Assembly: GCA_003427395.1 (NCBI GenBank)
Contig: BFEA01000017.1
Location: 4,735,889 to 4,799,153, forward strand
Direction: 5' to 3'
Length of the DNA: 63,265 nt
Source of the DNA: Chara braunii
Lineage: Eukaryota; Plantae; Charophyceae
Below are positions 1 through 13,886 of this stretch, in pieces. The translations under genes and the position numbers were made by a program. Within the stretch, counting starts at the first letter, position 1. Each line of letters begins with the position of its first letter. The notes under the pieces were generated by a model that saw nothing but the letters and a program-made list of their open reading frames with translations, was not told the DNA's origin and searched no databases.

Positions 1-2876
1 TCGCTCTCTTTTGCGTGTTCTCTCTGTGGATTTGGGCTGTACTCAGCAAGCGCAGTAAGGCTGCGGAATCAGAAAAAAAAAAAAGCAGCGGATGCCTGTT
101 TACTGACTGGTCGGCACACCGCCGACCGGTTGGCCCTGATCGGTCGGGACAAAACGGTCGCGGTCGGGGTCCGGGTCGGCTGTCGGCGCCTGTGCAACCC
201 TGCAATCCACGACTCTTAGGAGTCGCAAAGCTGTTGCAACTAAACGCAACGCTGTGTAGTGGGCCGAGGCCCCAGTTGAGAAATGTACCCTACCCTCGGT
301 AGGGTAGTTTTCTCAATGGAAAATGGTTTCCCGCCCAAACCAAAAGCTTAGGGCCAAAGATACTACAAAATGGATTTCACGTCGAATAAAAAATCTACAA
401 AATGACCAAATCTAATAGGTTATTCTCCTGTGCTTCCGTATCATTAGATTCGCACTACAAAACGGANAAATCTAATAGGTTATTCTCCTGTGCTTCCGTA
501 TCATTAGATTCGCAATACATCAACCGCAGAGGTCCGTCCCACCATGCCACATGTGATAGAAAGCTCAGCGTTGAGAAAACTCAACACTGTAGGTGGGACC
601 AGACCCCTGTAGCAAATTCAACAACAAAGTTCCAAAAAAAAAGGGATCTGGAATAATAAAAAACAACAACGAAAAAAAAAAACAAAGAGAAGATCTTGCG
701 CCTCGCACAGGAAGTCATGCCCCAATACCATTATGTTCCGGGGAAGACTGTAGCAGGGGGCTAGTTTAGTTTTCAAGTATTTTTTAACATGACCACAGTC
801 ATGCCGCGAGATTTCCAGATCGCTCCTTTTTATTCTCATGGGAGGGACCTGTGCATATGTGGAAGCAAGCCTAAACCCCCATTTAATTTTGTGGGGCATG
901 AACCCCGGATGTCCACTCAGACTCCCATTGTAATCTGATAAACCACCAGTACTTATGACTTTTTCTTTGCTGTGTCTAGAAATGCCCAGGACACCAAGAA
1001 GACCAAACTGTGTGCGTTTTCTTTTCTGGCTGGCACCACCAGCCATTTAGCTCGGGTGGGCTGTGCTCTGAAAGTCACGGGGCGTGCATGGCTGTGCAGA
1101 GAAAAATGGCTGGGAAAAATACAGGTGCTTTGAACCACCAGTACGTTTCCCAGCCATTTTTCTAGGATGTGGCTGCATGCGCGCTATGTCTGGTGGGACG
1201 AAGTGGCATGCTGGTTCGTGACAGTCACATGCAGGCAACGGTTTCGCATGCAGGCCCTGTTTTACCTGGACGTACTATCTATTGGGAACCAGCATGCCGG
1301 TTAATCCCCCCTTATGTGGTGTGCATGCCGGTGTGAGGCCACTAGTCCGGTGGTGGTGAGTGAACCACCAGGATTGATCCCTCACCAGCTGGATGCTTCC
1401 TTTCTTTTTGTTTTTTTCTCTTGGCTGAAGGCTCCATCTATTGGTGGGGAGCTGCGCCTGCTGGAAACCGGGCCCAGCGTCCCAAATATTACAAGACAAT
1501 ACTGAGTTTGCTGGAAACCAGGTCCAGCGTCCCAAATATTACACTATCGTCCTGGGTGCGGTCCTTCCTACTGCTGAAGGGCCCTCTTGTTCCTGCTATA
1601 CTTGTCGCTGTGCTGCTCCTTCCTCCTCCTCTGGCTCCGTTGTTGACTTGTTGTGTTGTGTTCAGAGGACAATTAATCCGGTTACCTGATCCTAGACCCT
1701 GTATAGAGCAGGCCTTCATGTCAGACCTCTGACTCTGACCTAAATATCTGGCTGTCTTTCCTCCTCCCTCCTTCCCGCTGTGTGTTTTTGTGCGTGTTTG
1801 TCGTCCCTGGGGGGCATAGGCTCCTGCTGTTGCTGTGCTCCTGCTTCCTCGTTTCCACTTCCCCACTGGTGCAGCTCAGAGGGGACCTGGTCGTCTGATC
1901 TCAATCCCTGTATTGAGCAGCCCTCCGTGTGGCACCTCTGACTGTGTTGTGTCCAAGCACCATCGGTTGTCCTCCTTTCTCCTTGTCATCCCCCTCTCAG
2001 GTAGAGGCCACAGCATTAACTGGCCGTCCTTGTGCATGGGGCCGCTCAAGTTGTGGCAGTCTTCTGTCCTGTTCGTGGTACCTTCTTTGTCTTCATTGTC
2101 GGGGCAAACACCCTGACAAGGGTATTTGCTGGGGATTTTAAATGCCGGACACTGTCTGACTTTTTCGTTGGATTGAGGGACTTGAAGCGAATGACGTTTG
2201 CTAAACGTTCATTCAGACTTACCCACGACCGAAAAACTAAAACTTTTTTTGAACTTAAGTTCGGATGCTTGCTTCATCCGAAAAGAATCATGGCGGTAGT
2301 CGGCAGTTTTTGTGGAGGCCGCAGAGGCACACAGACATGAAAATGGTAAAGCTAGACCTATCCTAACTAAAATAATGACGCGCGGCTTTGCAGCCGTGCG
2401 ATTCAGGGCCTAGGTAGGCTAAAAAGAACGGTTGTGCCAGGTATGGGGCCGCAGCGTCGGAGGAATAGGAAGCCTATATTTTTTATTATTATTTTCTTCT
2501 TGGGCCGCAGGATTTGACTCCGCGCCGGGAGTCGCGAAGCCGGCGCCGCGGCCTGCACGGTTGGGTGGCCACTCAGGCTATCGATAGATAGCCGGCTGCA
2601 GAAAAGGGGAGGAGCAGGCAAAACCTACCTAGCCATGGGTGGGAGGCCTACTCGGCAAAACCCTTCAAATAGAAGGACTGTTGTTACAACTCTTGTAATA
2701 GGAGCTAGCTAGTAGGTATCGCATTGAACTATCACTCGACAAAGACAAGGATCGAGCCCAGGTTGAGTTAACATTGGACTAGCTCCTTTTGGAGTTGTCC
2801 TCACTTGCAGATAGCGTAGTCCATCTCGACTGTGCGATCGCAGAGATCACACGGCGGAGATAGGCCGCGCAAAACT

Positions 2877-2933
2877 GCATGGCCCCTGCGCAAGGATGAC
2901 ACGCATAAATCGGGAAATGGTCCAAATTATTTT
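2877..2933 (+). pseudogene. U6: U6 snRNA 3'-half fragment
   Basis: gcatggcccctgcgcaaggatgacacgcataaatcgggaaatggtccaaattatttt is nearly identical to the plant U6 3' half. Confidence 0.9.
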
Positions 2934-2934
2934 C

Positions 2935-3025
2935 GATCCCCGACGGGGATTGAACTCAGGTCTGCATTTCAATGATGGCGTGGGGGGGAGGTGTGTCATG
3001 ACATGACCGTTGGACAAAGCTAATG
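2935..3025 (-). pseudogene. Degenerate tRNA-like / SINE head
   Basis: Minus strand cctgagttcaatccccg (B box/T arm) with a weak A-box upstream. Confidence 0.35.
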
Positions 3026-6000
3026 GAAAAAGAAAAAAAAAGGTAAAAAAAAAAAAAAGGAGAAAAAAAAAAAAAAGTTAAAAAAACGGAACCGCCAGAT
3101 AGCGGATGTCAAAGTGATAGGGCATCTGCCCTGATGACTCGTGATGAGACAATTTTGCTGCCCGTTTTCATAGGGCGGCAGGTAAGTTGTTGTTTCATTT
3201 TTTTTAGTTAAGATTTGTTTCTTTATTTTTTTTATTTTATTCTTTTTAGATTTTTTCTAGATTTAGATTCCCCCTGCTCCTTTTATTCGTACGAGCAGTT
3301 TGACAGCCCATTCGTTTTGACGAACAGGCTGAGTCCTAGGGATAGGATATGAAAAATCGAATGAACCTACGCTGAAACATGGAACTATACACCGCTACTT
3401 GTGTGTGTGTGTGTGTGTGTGTATGAAAAAACCTTGAACTTGACTCTAGTTCACCTCTATGAGATGACTTAGCTGGGAGGGAGGCTGCTCCTAGGGAAAT
3501 GGGGGGATAGAAAAAAAAAAAAAAAAAAAAAGGAAAGAAAAATGGAAAAGGGAAACGGTCGCAAATGTGGCTGCGATTGTGCGTAGGTTCAAATGAACAG
3601 GCCCGAGTGTGACTACTCAGGCCAGAACATTTCAAATTGAACACCCATTGCTTTGGAATGGCTAAGTTCAGTTTGGATGCGACGTACCTGCACTAAAAAG
3701 TTTGTCGGGTATGTTGACTTTGAAGAGCCTTAGCTCTTCAAAGAATGGTCACTGGTCAGAAAAAAAAAAGAAAAAAGGTTTTGGAAATGTCAAGCTCTTA
3801 ACTATCTCGTGAAAATCCGAGATAGATGAGTTCATGAAAAAAAAATAGAGGCAGTTAAAAGCAACCGCCTCTCTAAATGTATGGCCCAGGATGAGCCACA
3901 CTGAGTCATCGATCTGGCTTAGATCCAGGGCTCAGCTTGAGGCCGTGAGCTCACTTGGGGTAAATGAGTGCTGAGAAGCTCCCTCCAGCCGATTTAAAAG
4001 CTAGCATCCCACCCGACAGCCTCATAAATGTGGCAGTGTTGTTAGGACATTCACTTGAGTGAATGCTGCAGGCTGCTACTGTGGGGAGATGATGCTGGAG
4101 AAGGAGGGGAGGTCTGCAGGAAGTTAAGAGTGGCGGAAAGGCAGCCATAGCCAAAGGTTGGGAACTTTGTGCCCCACCTTTGTGCTTGTGCTGCGCGTTT
4201 GTGTGTGAGCTGCAGTCGTAAGGCGACGACAGACTCGGGTCATGCGGCAAGAGGCCATGACGGGGAGATGTTGTTCGACAACCTGCGCGGTAGTAAGTGA
4301 CGTACTAAGGGAGGAAGATGCGCCACGTTGATTTTGAGGGGTGTTGTCAAAATTTTTGTGCGACACAACGAGATCTTTTATTTCACGGCAGTAGTGACGG
4401 GCTCGTGGCTTATTCAATGACATTTTGAGAGGAAGTGTTGTCGAAATTGCACGACAAGGCTGTTATTTTTTTTGCCGATGGAGTTTTGAGGCTATGGCGG
4501 TAACATTTTGCTGGCGTCACATTTAGTCGTGTGGCCGTTAGGGTGTTGACAATTGCAGCATTGGTGTCAGAGGGTTGCAATTTTTTTTTTTCATCATTTG
4601 GAAGTGTGGCAGCGACTTGGGACCACTTAGGACCACTTGGGACCCGACTTGGGACCCAACTTGGGACTAAGTGAGTTGTAATGGAGACCGAGAAAAATGT
4701 TTGGTGGACACTTGGTGATCAAGCGTGGTGATCGGAGGAGGTTGGACTTGTGATTGGGGTGAAACTATCCTTGGTGGACAAGGTACCACTGGGACTGTAA
4801 TGAGACCATGTGAGACTTGTAGGTGACAACACCATTGTTGAGGGCTATCTCGCTTCAGTCCTTGTGGGTGACCGCTTAGTGTTCTTGTGGACACTTGAGG
4901 AGGACACAGACCATCTTTACTAGACGACCACAACTTGTGAGTTGTGCGACCGATCTCTTTGCGAGTATTATCTCGGTTTTCTTGAGTGAGCCGATTCAAA
5001 CTCCACTCAAGGTCAGTTGATCAACTTAGATTTCCCTTCACACCTGTGTGAACCCACACTTTGCTTGACCCTGTTTGTTTTGAATGTTAAAAAAAAAAGG
5101 TAGAAGAAAGTTGTGTTAGTCATGCATGTGAACGGAAAGGTCTGACTGATTATGGGATTGTACCGGTTTTCTCTTGAACGTGTTGTCTTTGCGTATTGTG
5201 CAGGTAGGTAGAAGAATGCTTGCAAAGGAGATTGATTATGCCTATTTGAGAAAAGAGAAACAAATTGTCTTATTTTTACTTCTCACCTGCCTGAATGCCA
5301 AGAAGGGTTGGTTGTTTTGAAAAATGTCAATTTTGTGCGCACCGTAAAATGAGTTTGATCCAAGTAAAGCAGATAAGGTTAAATTGGATTTAGTCTTTTG
5401 TTGAGATTGATCGTTCTATCCCGAATGACCTTTTCTACCTATACCTGTCCAAATGGTTATCATTTTTTATCTCCTCTGACTTTTTTCGTCTAAGAACATG
5501 TAAGAAATGAGAATAACTGAAAGCTACTCGCAATGGACACATTTTCTTTTTCTTGGGAGCATCTGGGGCGGGGGTTCATTGCTTCAGGAGCCGGCCCTGC
5601 TATCGACCCAGAGTGGATCGTTCTTAGGGGAGGTACTCTGCTGATTCGGTGGAGACGGCCCAACTTCTAAGATCCGAGCTTTGTGCTCAGGCGAGGAGGA
5701 GGAGTGTCTCAGACCACTTTCTAGAGGGAAAGACATGCAACACTTCAAGTCGTGTACATGGCAAAAAATCATTTGCAAAATAGTCTGTCATTCAAGAAAA
5801 TTAGAAACGTATGGAGATGAGTGTGTGCGTGTCTAATCTTAAGTTCGACTCGGTAGTAGGAGGAATGAATGTCTTTGACAACACATCTCATCAAGTCAAA
5901 ACTGGGGCAGTACGACTACTTTGCCGCTGTGTTGCACAGCGTACGACGTACGGGGGGTTTATCGTACGGCAGTACGGCCGTATGTACAGCCCCGTTACCC

Positions 6001-9000
6001 CCGTATGAAAGGAAAAAAAAAAAAAAAGGAATCGTTTTGTTTTTTTATCTCAAATTTGGTAACGAATTTCAATATGACCTTGAGGCAAAAGTGTTTCAAT
6101 TTATTTTTCTTCAGAACGTATTTGTTTTTCAGATTTTTTTGAATTTTGTTTTTTGTTTTTTTTTTACGTACGTACGGTCCGTACTACCGTATGAGCCTGT
6201 ATGTACGTACGTACGGCCCATAATCGTATGGGGGTCTACACAACTTTGTCGGCTGCATCGATGTTATTGTCGGAAGTCAACTCCTCGTTGGTTGTTGTAT
6301 GATTTTTTTATTCATGGAGTTCGACCTGAGGTGGACGAGTTTCGTTTCGACTTTATGTCATTGGATGTACAGCATGATGATTCAAATTATTTTAGTTATT
6401 ATTTCATATTTGATATATTTCTATCGACTATGGTCGACTTCTTTTGATGTAATTATATGTGGTTGTTATAATTTTTTTTTGGCTATGTGTCCAAGGGACT
6501 AGGAGTAATTTGTGGTTTCACGCTTGGTTGAAACCGTCCTAGTCGACCGGCGTACGCTCCGTACTTAGGAGATCAGCGCCCTAAGGAACGAACGATGCTC
6601 AGGTTCGCTTGGCGTCAACTAAGCGTATCTATACTACAGTGAACGAGCAAACGCCCTCGGTTGATCTATCTCTGCGATTGCATTTAGAAACTTTCACACG
6701 TGGGTAAGTAACTCTGAGAATGTGGGTAAGTGAGACTTGGCCCCCTGCTCATGATTCCGATGTCCAGTATGCCACATTTCAGAGAAGGGACAGGGTCCCG
6801 CTAGCCAAGGGATAAGACGACATTTTAGACATGAGACAGAGGTGAAACTCACATTAGCCGCCATTGGCTATCATAATTTCTCATTAGAATAGAAATGTCA
6901 AAGTTTCTAGAAGTGGAAGGCGAGATTCTTAAACCATGAAAGAGATTGTTAGAATCTCTTCATGCACTTATTTTCCCCATTAACCACCAGTACCTTTCCT
7001 AGCTATTTTTTCAGAGCCGTGTTGGGTAACGCGCTGGCCTGAAACGGAAGGGCAGCCGCCGATAAATCGAATCGCCAGCCAGTCTTGATTTTCAGGCCGA
7101 CGAGCAGTGCCCGCAACCGACATATGGGAAAGGTACTGGTGGTTTAAAAATGGCTGTCTGACTTGTCCTTGCCCAACACGTTGTAAGACACTCCTCAGGG
7201 TGTCCTCAGGCACCGAAAAAGTTTGGTTTTTTAGAGGCGTCGGTCCACCAGGTCCTATCCTCGGGGAATGGCTCCAAGCATGAATCCTTGGGGCCTTCCC
7301 GTGGCCAGTTTTATACGTGTATAGGCGGGTGCGCAAGGTATGTCCGTGCTCTGGTTTGGCATGTCCTCTCATGTGACATGTTGGTCCACAGGCGAAGGGC
7401 GCGTCCTTCGTGGTCGCCCCGAGGACGCATAGAGTGTCGCCGATATGTTGGGGGCCGCAAAAAAAAAAGAAACGAAAAGGCGGGAATATCCCCATCCAAA
7501 ATTTGAAATTAGAATTACGGCGAGTGACGACGGTTAGGCGGCGCACAGGCTATCCCAGAGCGGCAGCGGGGCAGTGGATAGCTCGATTTCCTTGCCTTCC
7601 AATCTACGTGGGGGTGTGGTTGCCCCTTTCAGTCATGACATTGGCACGCAGTGTGTAGTGTTCTGTCGTGAGCTGGGCTCCTTCACTGACCGCACGTGGC
7701 AGCTTGGACCGCAAGCTTCAGTGGGCGAAGTCCTCCATTGTGTCATCGTCCTTCGTGGTCGCCCCGAGGACGCATAGAGTGCCGCCGACATGGCGCGTGA
7801 ACATGGGTGCTCGGGACGCATGTGCACGGCGAGGAGGCAGGGTTGCTGTTGACGGCGTCATTTCGAAGTTCGTCGACAATGGAGGGTGGTAGGGGAGTTG
7901 GGCGTGCTGTGCTGACATCCATGGAGAAGATGGCGGTGGGGGCGGCGGGGCTGGCCTTTTTCAACCACCGTCTCTTTTTTTTTTTTCTTTTTTTTTTTCA
8001 ATATGAACACCCCCCCGTGCTGCTAGAGGTGCTGATAAGAGCAGACACCCCTAGCACCCGGGGAGGGACTCCATCTATTGGTGGGGAGCGTCACCTGCTG
8101 GAAAACGGGTCCAGCGTCTCCCAGGAAGTTGGCCCAGGAAACACAAAGTTAAACACGACAACCACCAGGAGCAGCACGGCGATGAGCAGCAACAGCAGCA
8201 GCCTGCGGTGCAGGTCAGCCATAAACGACAGGGGACAGGACACTCTGCAGGCACGTTTTTTGTCGCATGTGCAGACAGCGATGACGGATGGCTGTCCAAA
8301 ACACTCCAAGGAGAGCACCGCCGCCTGAAGAGTGGCTGCCACCATGCCCTTTTTTTTTTTAACCACCAGTACTTGGCCCAGCTATCGATGCCAAGCCAGC
8401 CGAACCCCTGCACGCGAAGTTTTGCCGAACCGGCAGGGCGTCATTTCAATTTTTTTTTGGCTGGCGCTTCCAGCCATTGTGGTCCGGTACCCGAAGCCCT
8501 GCAGACACGGCGCGTTAACGGGGAAGCGCCACGGCCAATAGCTGGCCAAGTACTGGTGGTTTAATGACGGCTCCATCTATTGGTGGGGAGCATCACCTGC
8601 TGAAAAACGGGTCCAGTGTTCCTTATACAGAATGATTTGGAAAGCAGCCAGGAAAAACCCAAAAAAAAGACAGGAAAGTATCTGAAAAGCCTGCCAGCAT
8701 TGATTACTCTGGGCTCAGAGTATTAACTAATGTCAACCTTCTCCCTCCAGCTGTACTCGTCCACCCTATCTAACCTTACTTTTTTATGAAAAAACATCTA
8801 TCCAAAAAAGGTAATCTCCAACCACCGTTAACCATGTACAGCGTTCCTGTCTTTGGAGACACGAGGGAACCACTTGGGGCCACCAGCAGGACCACTCATC
8901 CCTCGCTCCTTCTCTAAACCAGCCTTCGGCCGGGGTGAGCTCAGTGTTCCTCCTAATGGCAAAAAATAGTAGATTTTGAAGAAAACTTTTAAGGCATGAG

Positions 9001-9531
9001 CAGAATTATTGAGAAATACTGGGAACCTTCCGTACTAGATACCGGCCTCCTAAAAAATTCAGATTCCCAATTGTTGGAGACCCCTCCGAAAAATTCAAAT
9101 TCCCAATTGTTGGAGACCCCGCGGGAACGCCACACACCACTAAAGCAGCCGGCTGAAAATGATGACACGCCCCGCCACTCTCCGCCGCTAACGGTAATGT
9201 CGGAGGCCGTCAGAGGACGTCCACGACGTTGAAGCAGACAATGCCCATCATCACCTGGCCCCTGGACCACTACTAGACCACCTTCCAACTCCAAATTTCC
9301 TTCTACGCTCCACGCCAACACCCAGAAAATTGCGGATCCTCGGGCTCCGACCTCACGAGGTCCCTTGGAGCCGAGGACAATTTGGCTGGGAAATCCTCGG
9401 AGCCCAAGGATTTTTTCTTGTAGTGTTTTCACACTTTGATTTCGAATTTCATCTTTGAGGACAGGTGTAATACGACGAAACCTTGGAGTAGCGTCCCTGA
9501 GTGTCTAACGGCGTCCTGACATTGGACCAAT

Positions 9532-9699
9532 GGGCCTAGCTCAGTTGATACACCCACGAACTGTCCAACTATAGACCCAAGTTTGGATCCCGATACAATC
9601 AGATGACCAGAATAAAATCATTCTGACTTACCTGGGGCCGGTCAGTTCAATCATAATGATCTCTCAAGGCCACGGCCCCCACATTGGAAAGTGAAAAAG
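9532..9699 (+). mobile_element. tRNA-headed SINE, copy 1
   Basis: A-box-like tagctcagttga and B-box-like gtttggatccc, then body ttacctgggg..ggtcag..ctcaaggc shared with 51560-51721. Confidence 0.65.
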
Positions 9700-9879
9700 A
9701 GGTGGCTGGGGCGTGCTGGTACTGGTGTACACATAGACCTTCCATAGCTGAGACCCTCGATGTTCATACCCAGAAGGCCAAGAGAACGATGATCATCATA
9801 TGACTTCTGACAGTCTGTTCCCTGCAAAGGACCCTGTTGCAAGAAATCGCCACCACTGCAGGGTAGAAGGGTAGCGGCG

Positions 9880-10570
9880 ATGACTAGGAAAGAACAGCCT
9901 GGCCCAGGCATCTGCACCAGGGCAGGCCGGCAACCACTTCTGGGAAGGGACCACACCACAGCTGCAGTCCAAATGGGCCGATGGAACTAAAAGGCACTGT
10001 GGGACGAAACTTGTCGAAATGTTCCCTGGAACTGCCTGGAGAGTCCCACTTGGACCACATGGATCCCAAATGGGACATGAACCTGCGCAGAGGGTTCCAC
10101 TTGGGCCCAACAACTCCACACAAGACCCGGAAACGATCCAAGAGTCCCATCTGATCAGACGAATCCAAATGGGCTCTGGAACTGGCCCACGAGTTCCACT
10201 GGGACCGAATGAGTTCAAATTGGCCCTGGCCCCTGGAACTGCCCGACTAGTCCTGCTGGGAAGACAGAAATGGAAATGGGGTCTGGAACCACCGGGTGAG
10301 TCCCTCTGAGATGGCCTGGAACTGCCCCGGTGAGTCCCACTGAGATGCCAATCGTATGACTTCCTGTGGGCCCTGGAAGTGCCTGGCGAGTCCCAGTGGT
10401 CCAGCGGGCCTCGTAGAAAAGAGAATTGCCCTGATCACGTGGTGTTCTGGTCAGGCTGTGGCCCTCTGCCCATTCCTCATCCACTTGGAGCCCGGCTTCC
10501 TCGTGGCTGCAAATGATTCATCTGGAACTTTCCAATGGCCCATTTGGAACTGCCACTGGTTCCAGTGGGG
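9880..10570. repeat. Degenerate tandem array of tggaactgccc..gagtcccactggga units
   Basis: The motifs ggaactg and gag(t/tt)cccact recur about ten times. Confidence 0.6.
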
Positions 10571-11058
10571 TTAACACTTCCACAAAGATAAGCCGCTACC
10601 CCGACCTTTTCTTTTTCCCGCAGTAGTCGTTTTGAATGATCCGTTTAATGAGGGCCTTCGCCCCCAGCAGCACCACCAGCAGCTCGCGGAGTTTCATATG
10701 TATATGTACATATGCATATAGCCTTTCTCCAATCCAGAGACATTCAGAATGTTGTCCAGTGTAGAGGCCCATTGGCACCCCGAGGAGATCTACTCGTCAT
10801 TATGTCGCTAGCTGCTCCTCTCGGTCTCCAGGTGCCAGGAGACGTTTTCCATCGCCAGAGGGTGTGTCCCATATTAAGTGGGCCCAAGCTCCATAAGTGG
10901 GATAAGGACCCCACTCCTCCTTCAAGTTATTATGTCCTCCAGACATGTACCCAGTTGTAGCTCCGCACCAATAAATGCAGCCTTCTACGCTGGGGCCTAC
11001 TTACCGGGGATGCTCTTATCACCTCGCTAAGTAGGTTTCCCATATTATACGAAGTTCG

Positions 11059-11089
<31 letters not shown>

Positions 11090-11309
11090 NNNNNNNNNNN
11101 NNNNNNNNNNNNNNNNNNNNNNNNNNNNNNNNNNNNNNNNNNNNAGAGGTCAGAGAGATCAGGAAAAAAAAAAAAAGAGGGGTAAGTAAGCCGGAGTCAC
11201 AAAAAGGAGTTATAATTGCACTACAGGGATGCTGGACCCTATTTCCAGCTGACACACATCACATCTTTTTTTTTTTTTTTTTTTTGGACACACATCATAT
11301 CATTGTACA

Positions 11310-11451
11310 GGGACGCTGGACCCAATTTCCAGCAGGTGCAGCTCCCCACCAATAGGTGGAGCCTTCGACGCTGGGGCCTACTTATCGGGGATGCTCTTAT
11401 CACCCCGTTAAGTAGGTTTCCCGTATACGAAGCTATAATTAAAAAAAAAAA
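11310..11451 (+). repeat. Representative full tail cassette (M3-M4-M5-polyA) of the dispersed hairpin repeat
   Basis: gggacgctggacccaatttccagc-aggtgca-gctccccaccaataggtggagc-cttcgacgctggggcctacttatcggggatgctcttatcaccccgttaagtaggtttcccgtatacgaag-A(n); M3/M4 recur about 25 times in the window. Confidence 0.9.
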
Positions 11452-11856
11452 TAAAAAAATCCTTTTCTCTATTAAAAAAAAAAAAACAGCCATAGCCAAC
11501 ACTGCAAAATAGATCATGAATGTTCAAGAGAAAAGAAAGGGGAAACTACGCAGGAGTCAAAAAAAAATGATTTATAATTGCACTATGAGGCTATGAGCCA
11601 AGACACAGTTTCGAATTGCAGTCCCGGCAATGTATACAACCCAGCTTTCTGGCCAGGCAGGGTGCCTGAAGTGAAATTGCAAACTGTATCTTGCCCCATA
11701 GTGCAATTATAACTCGTTTTTGTGACTCTACTGAAGTTTCCCGGAAAAGAAAAGAAAGATCATCATATCCCAATGACCCCACAGATTCAAAGACTCAAAT
11801 GAAAATTTTAAATTACAAACTTTCAAAATGTATATATCTATATATATATATATGTA

Positions 11857-11953
11857 GTCAAACAGAGATGCCCGGTAAACCACAGGCAGAGAGGGAGAAG
11901 AGGACAACAAACGAGTGGCTACGGCTACCTGTTTCGTCGGAGTTTCACCAACT

Positions 11954-11956
<3 letters not shown>
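11857..11956 (-). mobile_element. Second copy of the hammerhead-core element, flanked by (TA)n
   Basis: About 100 bp collinear with 38331-38431; truncated within CTGATGA (atga retained). Confidence 0.7.
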
Positions 11957-11990
<34 letters not shown>

Positions 11991-12483
11991 TGACGATATA
12001 TATATATATAAGTTCTTCCACAGTACTACACTGCTACAGTAACTTACCAAAAACAGGTATCCTTTTTTTTTTTTTTTTTTAATCATTGCCATCTTTGTTC
12101 CTTATCCGGAAGCCAGCTCAACAAGTANNNNNNNNNNNNNNNNNNNNNNNNNNNNNNNNNNNNNNNNNNNNNNNNNNNNNNNNNNNNNNNNNNNNNNNNN
12201 NNNNNNNNNNNNNNNNNNNNNNNNNNNNNNNNNNNNNNNNNNNNNNNNNNNNNNNNNNNNNNNNNNNNNNNNNNNNNNNNNNNNNNNNNNNNNNNNNNNN
12301 NNNNNNNNNNNNNNNNNNNNNNNNNNNNNNNNNNNNNNNNNNNNNNNNNNNNNNNNNNNNNNNNNNNNNNNNNNNNNNNNNNNNNNNNNNNNNNNNNNNN
12401 NNNNNNNNNNNNNNNNNNNNNNNNNNNNNNNNNNNNNNNNNNNNNNNNNNNNNNNNNNNNNNNNNNNNNNNNNNNNNNNNNNN

Positions 12484-12514
<31 letters not shown>

Positions 12515-12841
12515 AAACAATCTGAAAAAAAAGTATGTTGTGCAGAATAATGATACAAACAACATTTGCCTGGGAGTCATACCTGGATTGCAAACCAAGC
12601 TCGATTTAAAAATCAAAAACCTTAACAAATTAAACAAATATTTTTAAATAGTTTTTAAATTATTATGATAATATTACCTTTTTTTCAGTTTTGAATTTCT
12701 TACTCGCGTTTGGTTGGGAATTCGGGGATGACTCCCAGGCAAAAGTTGTTTGTATCATGTTTCTGCATAACATATATTTGTTATAAAAGTTTGCATTTAT
12801 TTTTGTGTGTTTTTTTCCTAGTTTTTTTTTAGAGAAAACTA

Positions 12842-13886
12842 GGGCGCGGTCAGGGTTAGAGTTCGAAAATACGTTTCAAACTGCCGTTCTGGATTCCAGT
12901 CCCCTCCGAAGTTTACACTGCAGTCGAAACTCCTCGGTCGCATGGCTGTCGCAGGGCAAAGTTTCTAACTGCAGTCTAGTCATGCACGTCGGAGGGCCAG
13001 AGCTTTTTCCAAAAAAAAAAAGAAGAAACAAGAAGAAAAAAGGAAAAGCTCGTGGCGCTGTATCTTTCCATGTTCTAGCGGAAGATTCACTCTCAGTTTG
13101 CACTATAGAAATGTGCAAAAAGAGAGTGAATCTTGGCTAGAACATGGAAAGATACAGCGCCATGATTTCATTTTTTTGGTGCAACGGGGATACAGGGGCC
13201 CAACGAGATACAAGGGCCAGACCTTTTTCCAAAAAAAAAAGAAGAAACAAGAAGAAAAAAAGAAAAGCTTGTGGCCCTGTACCTTTCCATGTTCTAGAAG
13301 AAGATTCACTCTCAGTTTCCAGAGTGAATCTTCCTTAGAACATGGAAAGATACAGCGCCATGATTTTATTTTTTTTTGTGCAACGGGGATACAGGGGCCC
13401 AACGAGATACACGGGCTGACAACAACGCAGAGGCCCTAGAGGATACACGTGCTGACAACAACACAGTTCCTTTTCTTTTTTTTTTCTTTTTTTTTTTTTC
13501 CTTCTCAGATTTCCCCACCTATGCGTGTCATCCTTGGGGCCTCGTGGCGTTGCATCTTTCCATGTTCTACTGGAAGATTCACTTTCGTTTTGCACTTTTT
13601 TTTTTTTTTTTAATATCTCAGCACCCTCGTGTGGCTGGCCGCTGCCGCGATGCCTTTGCCACATCCGAGGTAAAAATAAAAAAAAATAAAAAAAAAAAGA
13701 GAGAGAGCATCTCGTAGCGTGGCTGGGCCACGGCCGAGATAACTAGACTGCAGTTGCAAACTCGGCCTTGCGACTGTTGTGCATGTAGAGAGACTCAGTT
13801 TCGACTGCAGTTGAAACTTGGGATCGTACTGGACTCCAAAGAGGCAGTTCGAAATGCATTTACAAACTGCTTTCGTGATTGTGCCC
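12842..13886. mobile_element. Non-autonomous TIR element with about 140-bp TIRs and internal direct/inverted repeats, nested in another TIR element (about 12511-14038)
   Basis: 12842-12980 is inverted relative to 13741-13886; internal repeats of tctttccatgttcta..agattcact, also seen at 21103-21200 and 61690-62000. Confidence 0.7.

Noticed and set aside
408-514. 60-bp-period duplicated partial palindrome
   Set aside because: Identical copies separated by a single N; most likely a contig-overlap artefact.
3131-3160. CTGATGA followed by a small stem as a hammerhead
   Set aside because: ACAA replaces GAAA and there is no stem III or cleavage triplet.
11310-11440. Recurrent peptide DAGPGFQQ.LPTNRWS as a repeated protein domain
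   Set aside because: Copies carry frameshifting indels and substitutions that preserve base pairing rather than codons.
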